Source: Bilabrum cf. latius (Eukaryota). Taken from it: a stretch of DNA of 64,000 nucleotides. Positions 1 to 11,800 of the stretch are shown here, piece after piece. The stretch lies in NCBI GenBank assembly GCA_965178125.1, contig OZ237744.1:558001-622000 (forward strand), in the 5' to 3' direction. How positions within the stretch are numbered: position 1 is the first letter of the stretch; every line of letters starts with the position of its first letter. Below the pieces are notes generated by a model. It ran no database searches, was not told where the DNA came from, and saw only the letters and a program-made list of their open reading frames with translations. The position numbers and the translations under genes are program-made.

Positions 1-51
1 CGCGACACTACATGAAATGCAGGCGTGCCTCACTTCAATACATCCAGGACT

Positions 52-2223
52 TCAGGACATCCAGGACGGCCTCGTCCCAACGCCGAGCATCCGCTGCCGG
101 CTGGCTTGCAGGTTCGCCCTGACTGCATCGGCCCTCGTCATTTCGCTGCCCCCGGCAACACCAATGCCAGCCATACCTTTCTTCCCATCGCTTGATCTTG
201 CTAGATCCGATAGCCCTCCAGAACCTCTTGGACCACTGCCCCTGCCTGACACGCCCCCATCCCCATGCACGCCCCTGCCTGACACGCCCCCATCCCCATG
301 CACGCCCCTGCCTGACACGCCCCCATCCCCATGCACGCCCCTGCCTGACACGCCCCCATCCCCATACACGCCCCTGCCTGACTCGCCCCCATCCCCATGC
401 ACGCCCCTGCCTGACACGCCCCCATCCCCATGCACGCCCCTGCCTGACACGCCCCCATCCCCATGCACGCCCCTGCCTGACACGCCCCCATCCCCATGCA
501 CGCCCCTGCCTGACCCGCCCCCATCCCCATGCACGCCCCTGCCTGACACGCCCCCATCCCCATGCACGCCCCTGCCTGACACGCCCCCATCCCCATGCAC
601 GCCCCTGCCTGACCCGCCCCCATCCCCATACACAGCCCTGCCTGACACGCCCCCATCCCCATACACAGCCCTGCCTGACACGCCCCCATCCCCATACACA
701 GCCCTGCCTGACCCACGGCTCCAACCATCTGCACCTCGACCTCGTCCCACGGTCGCCCTCTTTGGTGACGTCACTGCGACAGGCCTCATGCTTCCCTCAA
801 GAGCATAGGCATGGCGTGCAGGCGACCTCAGGGTCACGGCGCTACGATCCGCACCACTGGCGATACCTCGCCCCTCCTTGGCACTAGTACCAGTTGAGGC
901 CGCTGCTGCCCTAGACGTTGAGCGGGTACCGGACCTGGGAGCAGCGCGAGACCCTGAAGCCGCAGCAGTGAGACTTAAGGCGGGTGTCTAAAGCTCTACG
1001 TGTGTGCTGCTATCAGGGGCGAGGCGCTGCCCCGCCTCGTCCATGGCATCCCACGCGCAGCTCCTGTCTCTTCCGTACTCTACCATCTCCCGAAACCACG
1101 CGCGCTCCCGCAGGGCAAGCCCCAGCTCCTCCGATGTGGCATCCCCAACCGCAACTCGGGCGTCGATAGCATCCCCAAACCGGTCGCTTGCAAGTGAATC
1201 TGTTCCGCCAGAGAGACGCGGCCCAGCACCCCTGCCCCCACCGGCCCTGGCAGCTCGCGTTGAATCCGCAACCGCAGGCCTCTCGCCCTCAACAACCCCT
1301 TTGATCCACGATCCGAGGGCATGGCGCGCCATGTCGCACGCAGAAATGGGATCAAACATGCCTTGAGTCCCTCCCATGGAGCCGCCAGCCGCAGCCCCCA
1401 TCCGGCCCCTTGCACGGCTGCCTCCACCATCGCTGCGACTAGCGTCAGCTGGCGACAACGACATCACCTTGCGCATGCACAAGGGGCACAGGTGCAAGGA
1501 AGCTGGTAATTCCAGTGAAGCATCAACAGGACCGCTGCCAGGCGCAGCCATTGATAGCAGACAGTCTCTGCACTCTGTGCACTGGCCCAGACCCGCTATC
1601 TCGGCGACAAGCAGTCTGGCCACCAGGTGAAATAAGTGCAATAAACGGTGCCCGTACCCCTCGCCTTCCGATTTGCCCTTACTTGCATGAGGAAAGAATC
1701 CTTTCAAGTGAGCCAAAATGATGGTTGGATCTTTCGGTCGCCCCGGTGAAACTACAGCTACGCTGTGCGTGCTTGTGCTGAACGCACTCTGACCACGAAA
1801 CGGAATGCCAGACAGCACCAGCACAGCGTCACATGTTGCCAGATCAATTGATCGCCCAATAGCATCAATAAGAGGCCAGAATCCGCGAGAAACCCCGAAT
1901 CGCTTCCCGTCTTGCTGCTTTGAGGCTGCGTCGCATGATTGTAGCTTCGCTGCGATCCCAATGCTGCCAATCAGACGCTACATTGTCCGGACCGGCTCCA
2001 ACATACTATCAAAAGAACATGATTCTCCTTCGTACAGCACTGGGACAATCGTAATCGCTGGCTATCTGGCCCCAGCCACTCGAGACGCAAAGCTTGCAAA
2101 TGTGCGATCTCGCGGCACTTGCAAAGGGCAGTGGAAGAAGCTGTGGTCCTCAGCTGGAAACAAGTATCGTTTGGCAGACTTATTAAACGGAAGAGGGCCT
2201 AATGCACTTTTGTAAGACGCCAT
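52..2223 (-). CDS. Archaemetzincin-like protein (degenerate Zn-binding motif) with C-terminal Gly-rich tandem repeat
   Basis: ORFs 2062..2271, 988..1824 and 52..837 share one frame, joined by TAG at 2062, 1978 and 988. ATG at 2223, TGA at 52. 'GLGQC-TECRDCLL...LHLCPLCMRKV' resembles the archaemetzincin Cys pattern, but HExxH is absent. Confidence 0.55.
238..713. repeat. 33-bp tandem repeat, ~14 copies plus a partial copy
   Basis: Unit ~CCCCTGCCTGACACGCCCCCATCCCCATGCACG with few substitutions. It encodes GRGVHGDGGVS in the minus-strand gene frame. Confidence 0.95.
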
Positions 2224-2333
2224 GATTGTGCAGTTGCCGTTGGCGAGGGATCCGATATCGCTTGGAAACACACATTACATTGAGTATCTGGTCGCGCGCT
2301 CGCTTCCAGCGGCTCCAATCAAACGATTGAATC

Positions 2334-5300
2334 ATGTGCTCACTGAGATTGCTTGCTGCGTGCCTTAATTCAGCAGACAGTGCATCAAGTAGCTGCCTGC
2401 AGGTGCAGAGAAAGGCTGCAAGTGGCGATTCGATCCCGAGTCATTCTACGGTTCTTCGGTTGGGCATGCCGCAGCAGACCCATAGCCGCGTTGAGCTCCG
2501 ACAACATCAGGCTTCATTCGATGCAGACATGAGAGTCGATTCTGATGGCTATGAGTCATTGCAACACGAAATAGCAGGCGCAGTCTCAGCCGTAGCCTCT
2601 GGCTTGGAAGACCACGCTTCGGTGGTGCTGCTAGGCGCGTCGTCCTCCGGCAAATCGGCTTGGCTGCTCGGCAAGAAAAGAAAATCGTTGCTTTATTCAA
2701 TTATTCGAAGTATCCTAGAGCAGTTTGGCGAAGTATCGGTCAGAGCAGCTGGATTGGTCGGCAAGCGGATACTGGACTTTAGCGATAGCCAAGACGCTTG
2801 CCAAGCGCGCATTCGATCGGATGCAGCACGCGAACGCCTCAGCAGAGATGGCAAAGTGAATATAAAGCGAGTGGTTAGAATTGTTGACCTTCCATCTGAA
2901 GCAACGAAAAAGGAGCTGGATGCATCCCGCTCCAAACGGCTCGCGTCAATTCCGACGGGCAGCGGAAGCAATCACGTGTCCACAGCCGGGGTACGAACGG
3001 AGATCACTGGCCTGCAGCGAGTTAAAATATATCGAGAAGAGTAGATTGACTTGTGGGTTTCCTTCTTGAGAAGGAATCTCCGGAGCCTGCAGCTCGACGC
3101 GCGCCAGGTGGGACCGCTGGGGCGAGGCGGGACTCCAGGTGGGATTCACCTCAGCATTTTTATTGACGTGCCTGGCGGGGGATGCATACGGATTTTAAAG
3201 GTGTCGGGTGCCTTGCAACTTCAGGAACACGACAATCGAGCAGGATTCAGTGAGGCAGCCACGAGAGCTAGTGCGGTCGCCAGACGCAAGAGGGCAGGGC
3301 AGACGAATCAAGCGAATCTTGCCATAAGCAATGTGCTTGGCTGGCTAGCCCTTGATTCGCTTCGGTCTAGTGGGCTGACCGGCGCATATGGCACTATAGC
3401 TTCCCCAAAGGCGGGATCAGCTCGATCACCCGCGTGGGGCGGATCCCGTGTTCCCGCTCCAGAGATTGTTCGCAGGCGCATTTCCGCGCTGAGGACATCT
3501 CCGCGGCGTCGAACAGATGACCGGAGCCGCGCAGATTCTGGCAAAGTGACCATCTCGGCAAACCATGCAGAGCAGCGAAGCGACAGTGCTAGGGCGAGGG
3601 CGGCAGGTACCGCCAGCACCGAGGCCAGGAGCATCGAGCCTGGAGACCTCAGCATGTCTGAAGCAGCAGGTCCTCTGGTGCCGTTCCGAGACCATCCTGT
3701 TACTCGGTTGCTGCGTCAGGCTCTGCTGGAAGTTGGGCAGACTCTCATCGTGACGTTCCTGAAGAGCGATCCTGCATGCATGGAGGACACTGCGGTGCAC
3801 CTGGCAAACGCGAGGAAGCTCAGGGTGGTGCAGCGCTCTCGCCCGCCGTACAGGACTGCATCCATTGAAAGCGTTGCCGCGGTTGCTGCTTCGATGAAGA
3901 GGATCACAGCGGGCAGTAGCATCTCTTCGACAGGCCGTGCCCTGCTGCAGCACAGCTCAGCCGCTGCGGTCACCAAAGGAGAGCCAGAACCTTCGGGGAT
4001 CGTGGACAAACGGTACACTGTGGACGATGGATTTACCGAGGCAGACGGGTCTGAAGGAGCAGTGCAGGTGAAAGGCGCCACCGCCGGCTCACCGACTCGA
4101 CAGCCGAGTGCCCTGCGAGTCCTGGCGCATTCGATGGGTGCAGCGGCGGACGGCGTGTCCAAGATCGGTCAAAAGATAGAGCTGATGGCCGACAAGGTCC
4201 ATTTAGTCGACTAGGATGCATCAAAGCTGATTGACACCCTCGGAAACATGGCCGAGCTCTCGCAAGACAGCGCAAGCCCCCCTCGAACCGGCTCGGATGA
4301 CGCGGGCGAGGATGGAGAAGATGGCGCCAAGGAGGGTCCAGATAGAGCGTCCGAAGTGCCTCTCAATGCGATGCCTAGACTCATTGCAGAAGCCCTTCGT
4401 TTGGCTTCCAAGATACGGAAGGACGCTGGCGCGGCTGGCAGCCAGGTGCGAGCTGCGGCCAGTGCGGTGCAACAGACCGCATCTGACATGAAGGCGTTTG
4501 GGGACGCAATCGCGGTGCAGCCCTCTCCGAGCGGATCTCCGCAGCGATTGGGAGCAAATGGTCACGCAAAGGAAACCGAGTCGAGGTTCGGCCTGCAGGT
4601 GGTGCCTTCGCCGCGGCGAGCGGCGACTGTCAGCGATGGGTTCAGCAGTCACGGTGGTCGAAGTGATAAGGGTGGTGACCCGGCACCCACAGAACAGCAA
4701 GGCGCTGCCATCACAATGACTATCAAGACGAGGTAGGAACAGCCAGCAAGTTTTACGGCGGGTAGAGGGTTGGACAGAGCGCCCAACTCGAAGCAGTAGA
4801 CACTGCCTCAGCCGCTGCCTGCCTTCGAGATCCATCGGAATGCACTGTCTGCTTCCAGGACCCGCACGCCAGGGCGATCTGCACGAAATCCAGACGCAGG
4901 CTCTTCAACACCTTTGTGCTATCCAATCAGCGGAAAGAGAGAGAAAGCGGGTCACCACGCGAGTTGGGGCGGCGTGCCAGCCTCTCTTGACGAGGTGGCG
5001 TCGAGCAGCACCATGCGCAGCCCTGTGGCGGCGACACCGAAGGATCGCCACCGCCGCCGCCTGCTTGTTTCTTCTGCCAAGGCTGCCTTGGATGCAGCGA
5101 ATGGAGGAGAGCATCGCGGCGGACGTGCTGGGGATGGGCCCGTTCGAACAAGCGGCGACACTCCACTCAATGACACGATGCACTCGGTGCTGCCATCGGA
5201 TGCACCCCCCAGCAGTGCGGAGGAAAGACTCGGACTTTCGTCTAATGAAATCAATGCTGCGGGTGGCGCTGGTCTGGTGGGTGGCACACGTTCTGTGCAG

Positions 5301-5627
5301 CATGCAGGTCCCGGTGATGGCGACCATCACGGCGACGGTGGCGGAAGTGCAGACAGTGATAGCCTCGAGGAGCTCGACTTGCCCAGAGGCGGGCAGAAGA
5401 AGAGAGGAGCCGCAGAAAGTGAGGAAAACAGAGGCGGCAGTAGCGATTAGAGCGACGCAGACTCCCCATCCATTGACGCATCGCCGGAGGGACCCGCCCG
5501 TGCAGCTTCAGGCGATCGCAGCTTACACGGAGACGATGGGCTGGAACGCAGCCTAGTTGGGACCGGAATGTCCGCTCGCAAAGGCGCGGGGCGCCGCACA
5601 ATGGCTGAGCTCTTCGAGTTCGCGTGA
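2334..5627 (+). CDS. Divergent kinesin motor-like protein with long low-complexity tail
   Basis: ORFs 2334..3044, 3051..4214, 4248..4736 and 4914..5450 are in one frame, joined by TAG at 3042, 4212, 4734, 4797 and 5448. TGA at 5625. P-loop 'LLGASSSGKS', kinesin-like 'VPFRDHPVTRLLRQAL' and 'TLIVTFL...EDTAVHLANARK'. Confidence 0.7.
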
Positions 5628-5630
5628 AAT

Positions 5631-5653
5631 AAATACAGAAATACAGAAATACA
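5631..5653. repeat. Short (AAATACAG)n repeat, ~3 copies, at the 3' side of the retroelement
   Basis: AAATACAGAAATACAGAAATACA lies immediately after the kinesin-like TGA and reads as a (TGTATTTC)n-type repeat on the element strand. Confidence 0.6.
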
Positions 5654-5861
5654 TTGTTGGGTAAAGATTCCACAAGCACCCAGATGCACCGTTGCCCCCG
5701 AAGGAGTTCGAGTGATCACCTGAATCCAGAGGAGTCCTCAAACAAGGACTACAAGACCCCCGACCCTTTCAGGCCAAAGGCCCCCCAATCTCAGCCTACA
5801 CCGCCGAGTCCCCTTTATTCGCCATCAATGTGGTCCCCCACAAGCCCTCAGCCTGATGCCT

Positions 5862-8800
5862 TCACAGGGAGAAAGCATACAGGTGCGGAGCATGTGCCCG
5901 GCACAAAGCGCGGTCCAGTCCCACATCAGGGTCCCCTGCCGGGACCCACCATTTCCTCCTCCATGACCGTCTCTGCGTCTCACGATCCTTCAGAGAGGCT
6001 AGCATGCACGCGCTCATGCCTTTGGCCCATTGCCTCTCTATGTCCCTTAGCAAGCCGTGGGGCTTAAACATCCGTCGCTGTAGCCGAGCGTTCGCATTGG
6101 TTGCCGCTATCAGCTCTTGCGTGGCCGTGGCGGCAAGAGCAGCCGCCGCATCGCCTCGCATCCACTGCCTGCACGTCAGCTACTCCTGCTAGCGCAGCTG
6201 GTTCCTGATCACCTGCACCACTCGGTTGGCCAGCTCCTTGACAGCTGTCCGTTCCGATGACCGTGCAATCGTACGCTCTATCCGAGTGAGTGCGTCTTCG
6301 ACGATTGGCTTGGCCCTGCTGGTGCGCTCCAGCTTCTCGTCCCAAGGGTCCTGAGCGAGAGCTGTCTTCGCCCATGCTTTCCGGAGAGAGGCAGGGGACC
6401 TCCCTCTATTCTGATCCGCATCATCGGGTTGCCACGGTCTCGTTCCGGCATGATGGTCATGCTCGGCCCGCTCCATCTGCTCTACCGCGGTGCCCATCAC
6501 TTGAAGGTTGGGCGTGCCCTGTTGCGGGTATTGTCCAGCTCGGATGCGCAGAATTCGTCTTCCTTGGTGGCCGTATTCCTGCACCACCGCTGCTGTTGGC
6601 ATGGCTCCTGGTCCGAAGGCATACCGTCCCTTCGTTGCGTACCGGTTAAGCATGACCACTCCGAGCGCAGCTCTCTCCCGGTCCCAATCCGACAGTGCCG
6701 GATCGTGCGAGCATCCCAGGCTCAGGCTTGTGAACGATCGGTCAGCAGCTCCGGATTTGGATTTCCTCCACTTTGTGACTTTTTTTGCAGTCTCCTGGCA
6801 TCCCAGCCAGTCCTTCGCGTCATCGATCCGGTGGGTCCACCCTGCCATCTTGATCCTGAATCCCAGTGCCAGCGCGGCCCCGAGTGGGCCTGTCTGTACT
6901 GGTGGTCCCTGCAGGAATCGGCCCTGGTGGATGAACCTGGCCGCAACATCAAGGCCCTTCTTCGAGGGACACTCGATCAGGTCCAGCAGGCCCATAGCAA
7001 CACGCCCTGCTGCCGATGCCGTCAGCAGCTCAGTGTCCATCGCAAGGTTTGGCACGTATCGGCCGCCCATGGTGAAGGGCCTTACCTGTGTCGATCCGCT
7101 GACAATCATCCAGCGCGTATCTAGCAGGAATTTGTCCAGCATCTTGAGGACTTCCAGGTTCAGTTCCATCCCGTAGAAAACTTGGGAACCATATCCTAAT
7201 CCTGACAAGGTGTCCCATCCTGTTGCACATGCCGCTGCCTCTGCTCCGTAGAATGCACTCGTGATTGCTCCTGCATGGAGCAGCTGGGCGTGCAGGGAGA
7301 CCGCCCAGTTGCCGTTCACCGCCGCTCGTGTGATGTCCCTGGCCGCCCGGTACGCCATCGCAATCCTCCTGCGTACGTGGGGTGCCATATCAATTACCCA
7401 GATGTCTCTCGCCTGCGTCAGCCCAGCTACTTCATCTGGGCTGATCCGTACTGGTTGGGTCGAAATGAGTAGACCGAGGTACAGGTAGGATGAGGCAAGT
7501 GGGATGGTCCACTCCCCATCCGTCTCTCCCGCGTCCGCTGCTCTGCATGCGACGCCCTCTGGCATGTCCCCAGGAATTGAGTCCCGAGCGTAGCCAAAGG
7601 CCATGATCGCTGTCTTGGTTCCCTGGCCCGATGCTGTCAGGGGCTTGATTCCCAGCTACATGCCCGCAAGTGCAAACAGGCTCTTGACTAGCTTCATGAC
7701 CGCCACTGCTTCGTTCCAGTTCGACGTCAGTGCCACGTAGTCGTCTGCGTACCCGACTTGTCCACATTCAACGTATCGTCCGGTGTCGGTCACGATCCTT
7801 TGATGGTGCCCGTGCTGGAGCCTCTCTTTCCGCAGCGTTTCCAGGAGAACCCCCATCAGTACCAGGAAGATGGTGGGAGACAGAATCTCGCCCTAGGGGG
7901 TGCCCGCCGTCTTCTGCACTCTGGTAGAGACCCTCCTGGTGAGTGGGTCTCGAACGCGGATGGCCACCTGCATGCGGGCCATGAGAAAGCGGACCGTCTG
8001 GCGTCCCCATCCTTGCTCCGTCATGATGGCCTCGATGATGTTCCACTTGCAACTGTCAAATGCTCCTTTGATGTCAAAGAATACCAGAAAACCTCCAGCA
8101 CCCCTTCGTTGGGTAATCCATTCCATCACCGCTGAGTAGGCCTGCTGGCAGTTCTTGCCGATGCGAAATCCGGCCTAATCCTGGCCGAAGAGTCCGTGGT
8201 TTTCGCAGTACCACATGACCTTCTGGTTTGCGATGGTGCTTACGACCTTCGAGAGAGCCGAGGTCCAGCATATTGGCCTGAATTCGTCGACTCCTGTGAC
8301 TCCTGTGCCCTGCTTGCGCTTGGAGACCGGCCGCATGAACCCCTCCTGAAAGGCCTCAGGCTGAATCCCCGAGAAGAGTGTGAGATTATAAATGGCCCTG
8401 AGGAGGTCCAACAGAGCGTCACTTCGCCGCAGACACCCGTCCTCCTCAGAGCATGGCTAGCATTTGGTCAGCAATTCCGCCCTGATCCCATCAGGTCCCA
8501 CAGCTTTGTTGTGCTTGAGCTTGTCCAGTGCTTGATCCACCTCTGCGTTCGACCTGCAGAATTGGTTGAGCGGTGTCGCTGCCCTGGGCATGTGCGGCGC
8601 AATCCTGGCCATAAATCCGCCCACATCCGCACTTCCATTCCCACCTGCGTGAGAGAGCTGCTGTGCGTGTGCCTCTAGGATATCCTCGACGGCCGTAAGC
8701 ACCTCTCCGCCTAGGTTCGTGATTGGTTCCAGTCCTGGTGCAGCTCGTTGCCTTCTAGAGATTGCATCAGCGATCTATCGGTGGGCTTCCCTCGGACTTG

Positions 8801-11800
8801 CTGTTCCCAGCATGTTCCGCAGTGCGTGGCCCGTCCTGCGTGCCCCTCGCTCGGTGGTCTCGAAAACAGCCCGTCGATCATGGTCCAGGTTGGCAAGGAG
8901 CATCGTCCAGTACTCCTGTCCCTCATTGGCCTACTGGTTCACCTCTGTGCTCCCCCAGAGTGTTGCCTGCATCCGTCCATCTAGCCCCCGCTGTCGCCCT
9001 TCGAGGCGCAGGCTGGCTCGGCGATGTGCAGCCAAGCATGTTCTGGCCTCTGAAAGAGCTTGTTCCGTGGTTGGTCCCGCGATAAGGGCCTTGAGGCTGG
9101 CATGGGCTTTTCCCCACGTTTCAGCCCATCTCGTCCGTGCCGCCCAGGTCCTGCGGTGGCGCTTGCGTGACGCTTCTACGTGCCCGGCCTGGCCGGTGTT
9201 TGCCATTTGTCGGCCTGTAACAGTCTCGGCTGCTGCCGTGAAACATCCTTGCAGAAGCAGTTTGACGGAGGACACGGCCTGCGTAACCGCTTGCCCTGCA
9301 GCCTCTCGGTCAGCCGAGGTTCCCGTCGAGCTTTTGAGGTCGCGAATTGCGTCGAGCACACAATGAGTGATGTCGCGGACTGCACTTGTAGCCTACCCGA
9401 ATTCCTTGACGTAATAGTCCCAAACCAGGCGTTCTTGCTGCACATGCATGTCGGACACCCGTGAGTACGCTGCCCTGAAGGGGGCGTCATCGTCCTGCTC
9501 CGTTGTTGCTGGGACTGCAGTTGCTCGCGTTGCCGGGTCCTCCACTTCTGGGACTGTGACCAGCAGGTCTGCAATCACCCCCGTGTGGTCTGAGTATGTG
9601 CCTGGCTCTTGAGCCACTTCACTGGACACTAGCTGCAGCTTCGCAGAAGTGGAGATGCAGATGGCATCCAGTGTGTTGCCTCCTCTGTGCGTAGGCCCGC
9701 CCCCTGCAGGTGCTCGGTACATGTCGATCATGCCCATGTCGTTCTCCAGATACCAGTCCATCTGACCAGCTCCCTCTTGGTCCCGGGCCTACGTCGGGTT
9801 GAAGTCACCGGTAACCACAAGTCGGTCCCTGGTGAAATTGCCTGCCGGTCCTTGACTCCGTCGCTGTCCAAGGGTCAGCTGGGGATCGACCACGAAAGCT
9901 TTGCCCAATACTGAGCCCCTTGTCTCTGCCCCGAGGGCAGCCCCTTGCGGTGGGTTGTAGCAGGCTATCACCGTCAGCATGCGTCGGTCGTGGTGCAGGA
10001 CGTCACATACGAGGCAGTCCGGCGCATCCAGGTCATCATCTCCCATGTCTGCCCACCGTCTCAGTACAAGGCCTGAATCTCGTTTGACGGCGACGCATAC
10101 CCCGTGTGGGGCTCCGTTTCCTGCCCTCGTCTCCATCGCGTACAGGTCCGGGACGTCAGTGACGTAGCGTCCTCTAGCATCCTGTGTCTCCGTGCCAACA
10201 AACACATCGGGCATCTTGGTCTCCGTAAGGGCAACCTCCATCGCTTCGAGGTTCCCTTTGCGTCCCAGATTCTTGGTTGCAATCCTGACGTACTTGGGCG
10301 GGGTCGTGTCCATGATCCTGATCTGATCCCAGCCCCCGCGAGTACCTTGGACGCCTCGTGGCTGATGTGCCGTGCTTGTCCCGGGGGCGACTAACCACAC
10401 AGATTCTCGGTCCCCCACTACCGCATTGCGGTTGTTGATCCAGGGGAAGCACTCCGGTATCCAGGTCCTGTCGGTCCTCTGCTCATCCGTAAGCATCACC
10501 CGGAGAGCTCCAAGCAGTTCCGCCCCGGTCACTCCGTCCTCCCATTGGTCTCCTGGGCGGACTGATAGGACCATGACCGGTTCCTCGTTCAGTTCCCCTC
10601 TCGTTGACAGCGTACGCACAACTCTGGCATCCGCATCTCCTTCCTCCTCCCGTTGCTCAGGTCGCAGCACCAGGCAGGCGTGCCTCCGGGACCCGTGTCC
10701 ACCCGGCGGATTGATTCCTGTAGGGATGAAGACCTCACAGTGGGTGCGGGAGATGGCAATATTCATCGTGCCCTGGATCGCTTGGTCATCGGTGGCGTCC
10801 GAGTTGAGTCGCTCACACCAGTTGGCAAGGCTGGTCCCCTCTTTGTCGGCTGGGTGGAGTCGCACTGAACCCCCTCGCTGCTGTGCCAGGGCCATCACTG
10901 ACAGTGTGAGTCCTCGCAGGCTAAGCCCGTGGATTCCTTCCCCTTCCTCGCCAAAATAGGTGCGGAGTGTGTGCATGATGGTGGAGCTGGGGTCTAGGCC
11001 AGCTAGAACGGCGAGGGGGAGCTACGCGCATCCCTGCCAGCCTAAGTGCTCTGGCGGCCCGAAGAGGTTACCCGTGCCTACCACGAGTGGTTCAAATGCA
11101 TCGTACGGAGTAGTCAGAAGCGCAGTTCCTCCGCCGCCGGGACTCCAGAGGCACTCGGCCACACTGTGTGGGATCGACGTCAGGGTTTCCTGGAGGGACT
11201 TGCTTCCGGACGAAAATGAAAAACCGTGTAGCCCCGAGTCCATTCTCATACTCAGCGGTAGGTCGGCTAGTCGTACTGCGGAGTAGTGCCCTCCTGCAAC
11301 CCTGACGCATCCTCTCGCCCCGATTGATCCCATCGTTTCAGTCGAACTGGGCAGGTGGCGATGTAGCGAGAAGTTCTCTCCTTGGATTGCGATGCTCATG
11401 ATGGCCGTCCTCGTGATCTCTGCTGCGAGCGTGACGGAGAGCGAGCAAGGTAGCTCTCCCACCGAGACTCCGTCTGCAGTGTAGGTAGCCACCGCCTGTT
11501 GGATATACCAGGCTACTTGGGCCTTGAAGGGGTCGCTAGTGCGGCGCTGAGCTGCGGCTACCAGCGCCGCTGCTTCTTCTCTTGCGTGAGCCCCTGCATC
11601 GAAGTCTCTCGTGGCCATGTCCGACCTCCTCGCATACACCGACACTGACAGAGCTGCCACTACAGGAAGGGCAAGACAAAACCTAATCAGGGCTCGCTTA
11701 TTGCCTCCAGAGATAGCCATGAGCCTGTTCCCGTGCGTCTCTGCATTCTCACCGACCTGCCTCCAGATGCGAGTTCCCGCCGGCACTCGCTCAGCGACGA

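Noticed and set aside
238-713. CRISPR array or telomeric repeat
   Set aside because: The 33-bp units are contiguous with no unique spacers, have a length divisible by three, and lie inside a longer reading frame.
17-887. Plus-strand Pro-rich ORFs and other alternative frames over the repeat
   Set aside because: They are open only because the repeat lacks stops. The minus frame ending at 52 is continuous with the upstream gene. The strand is not experimentally confirmed.
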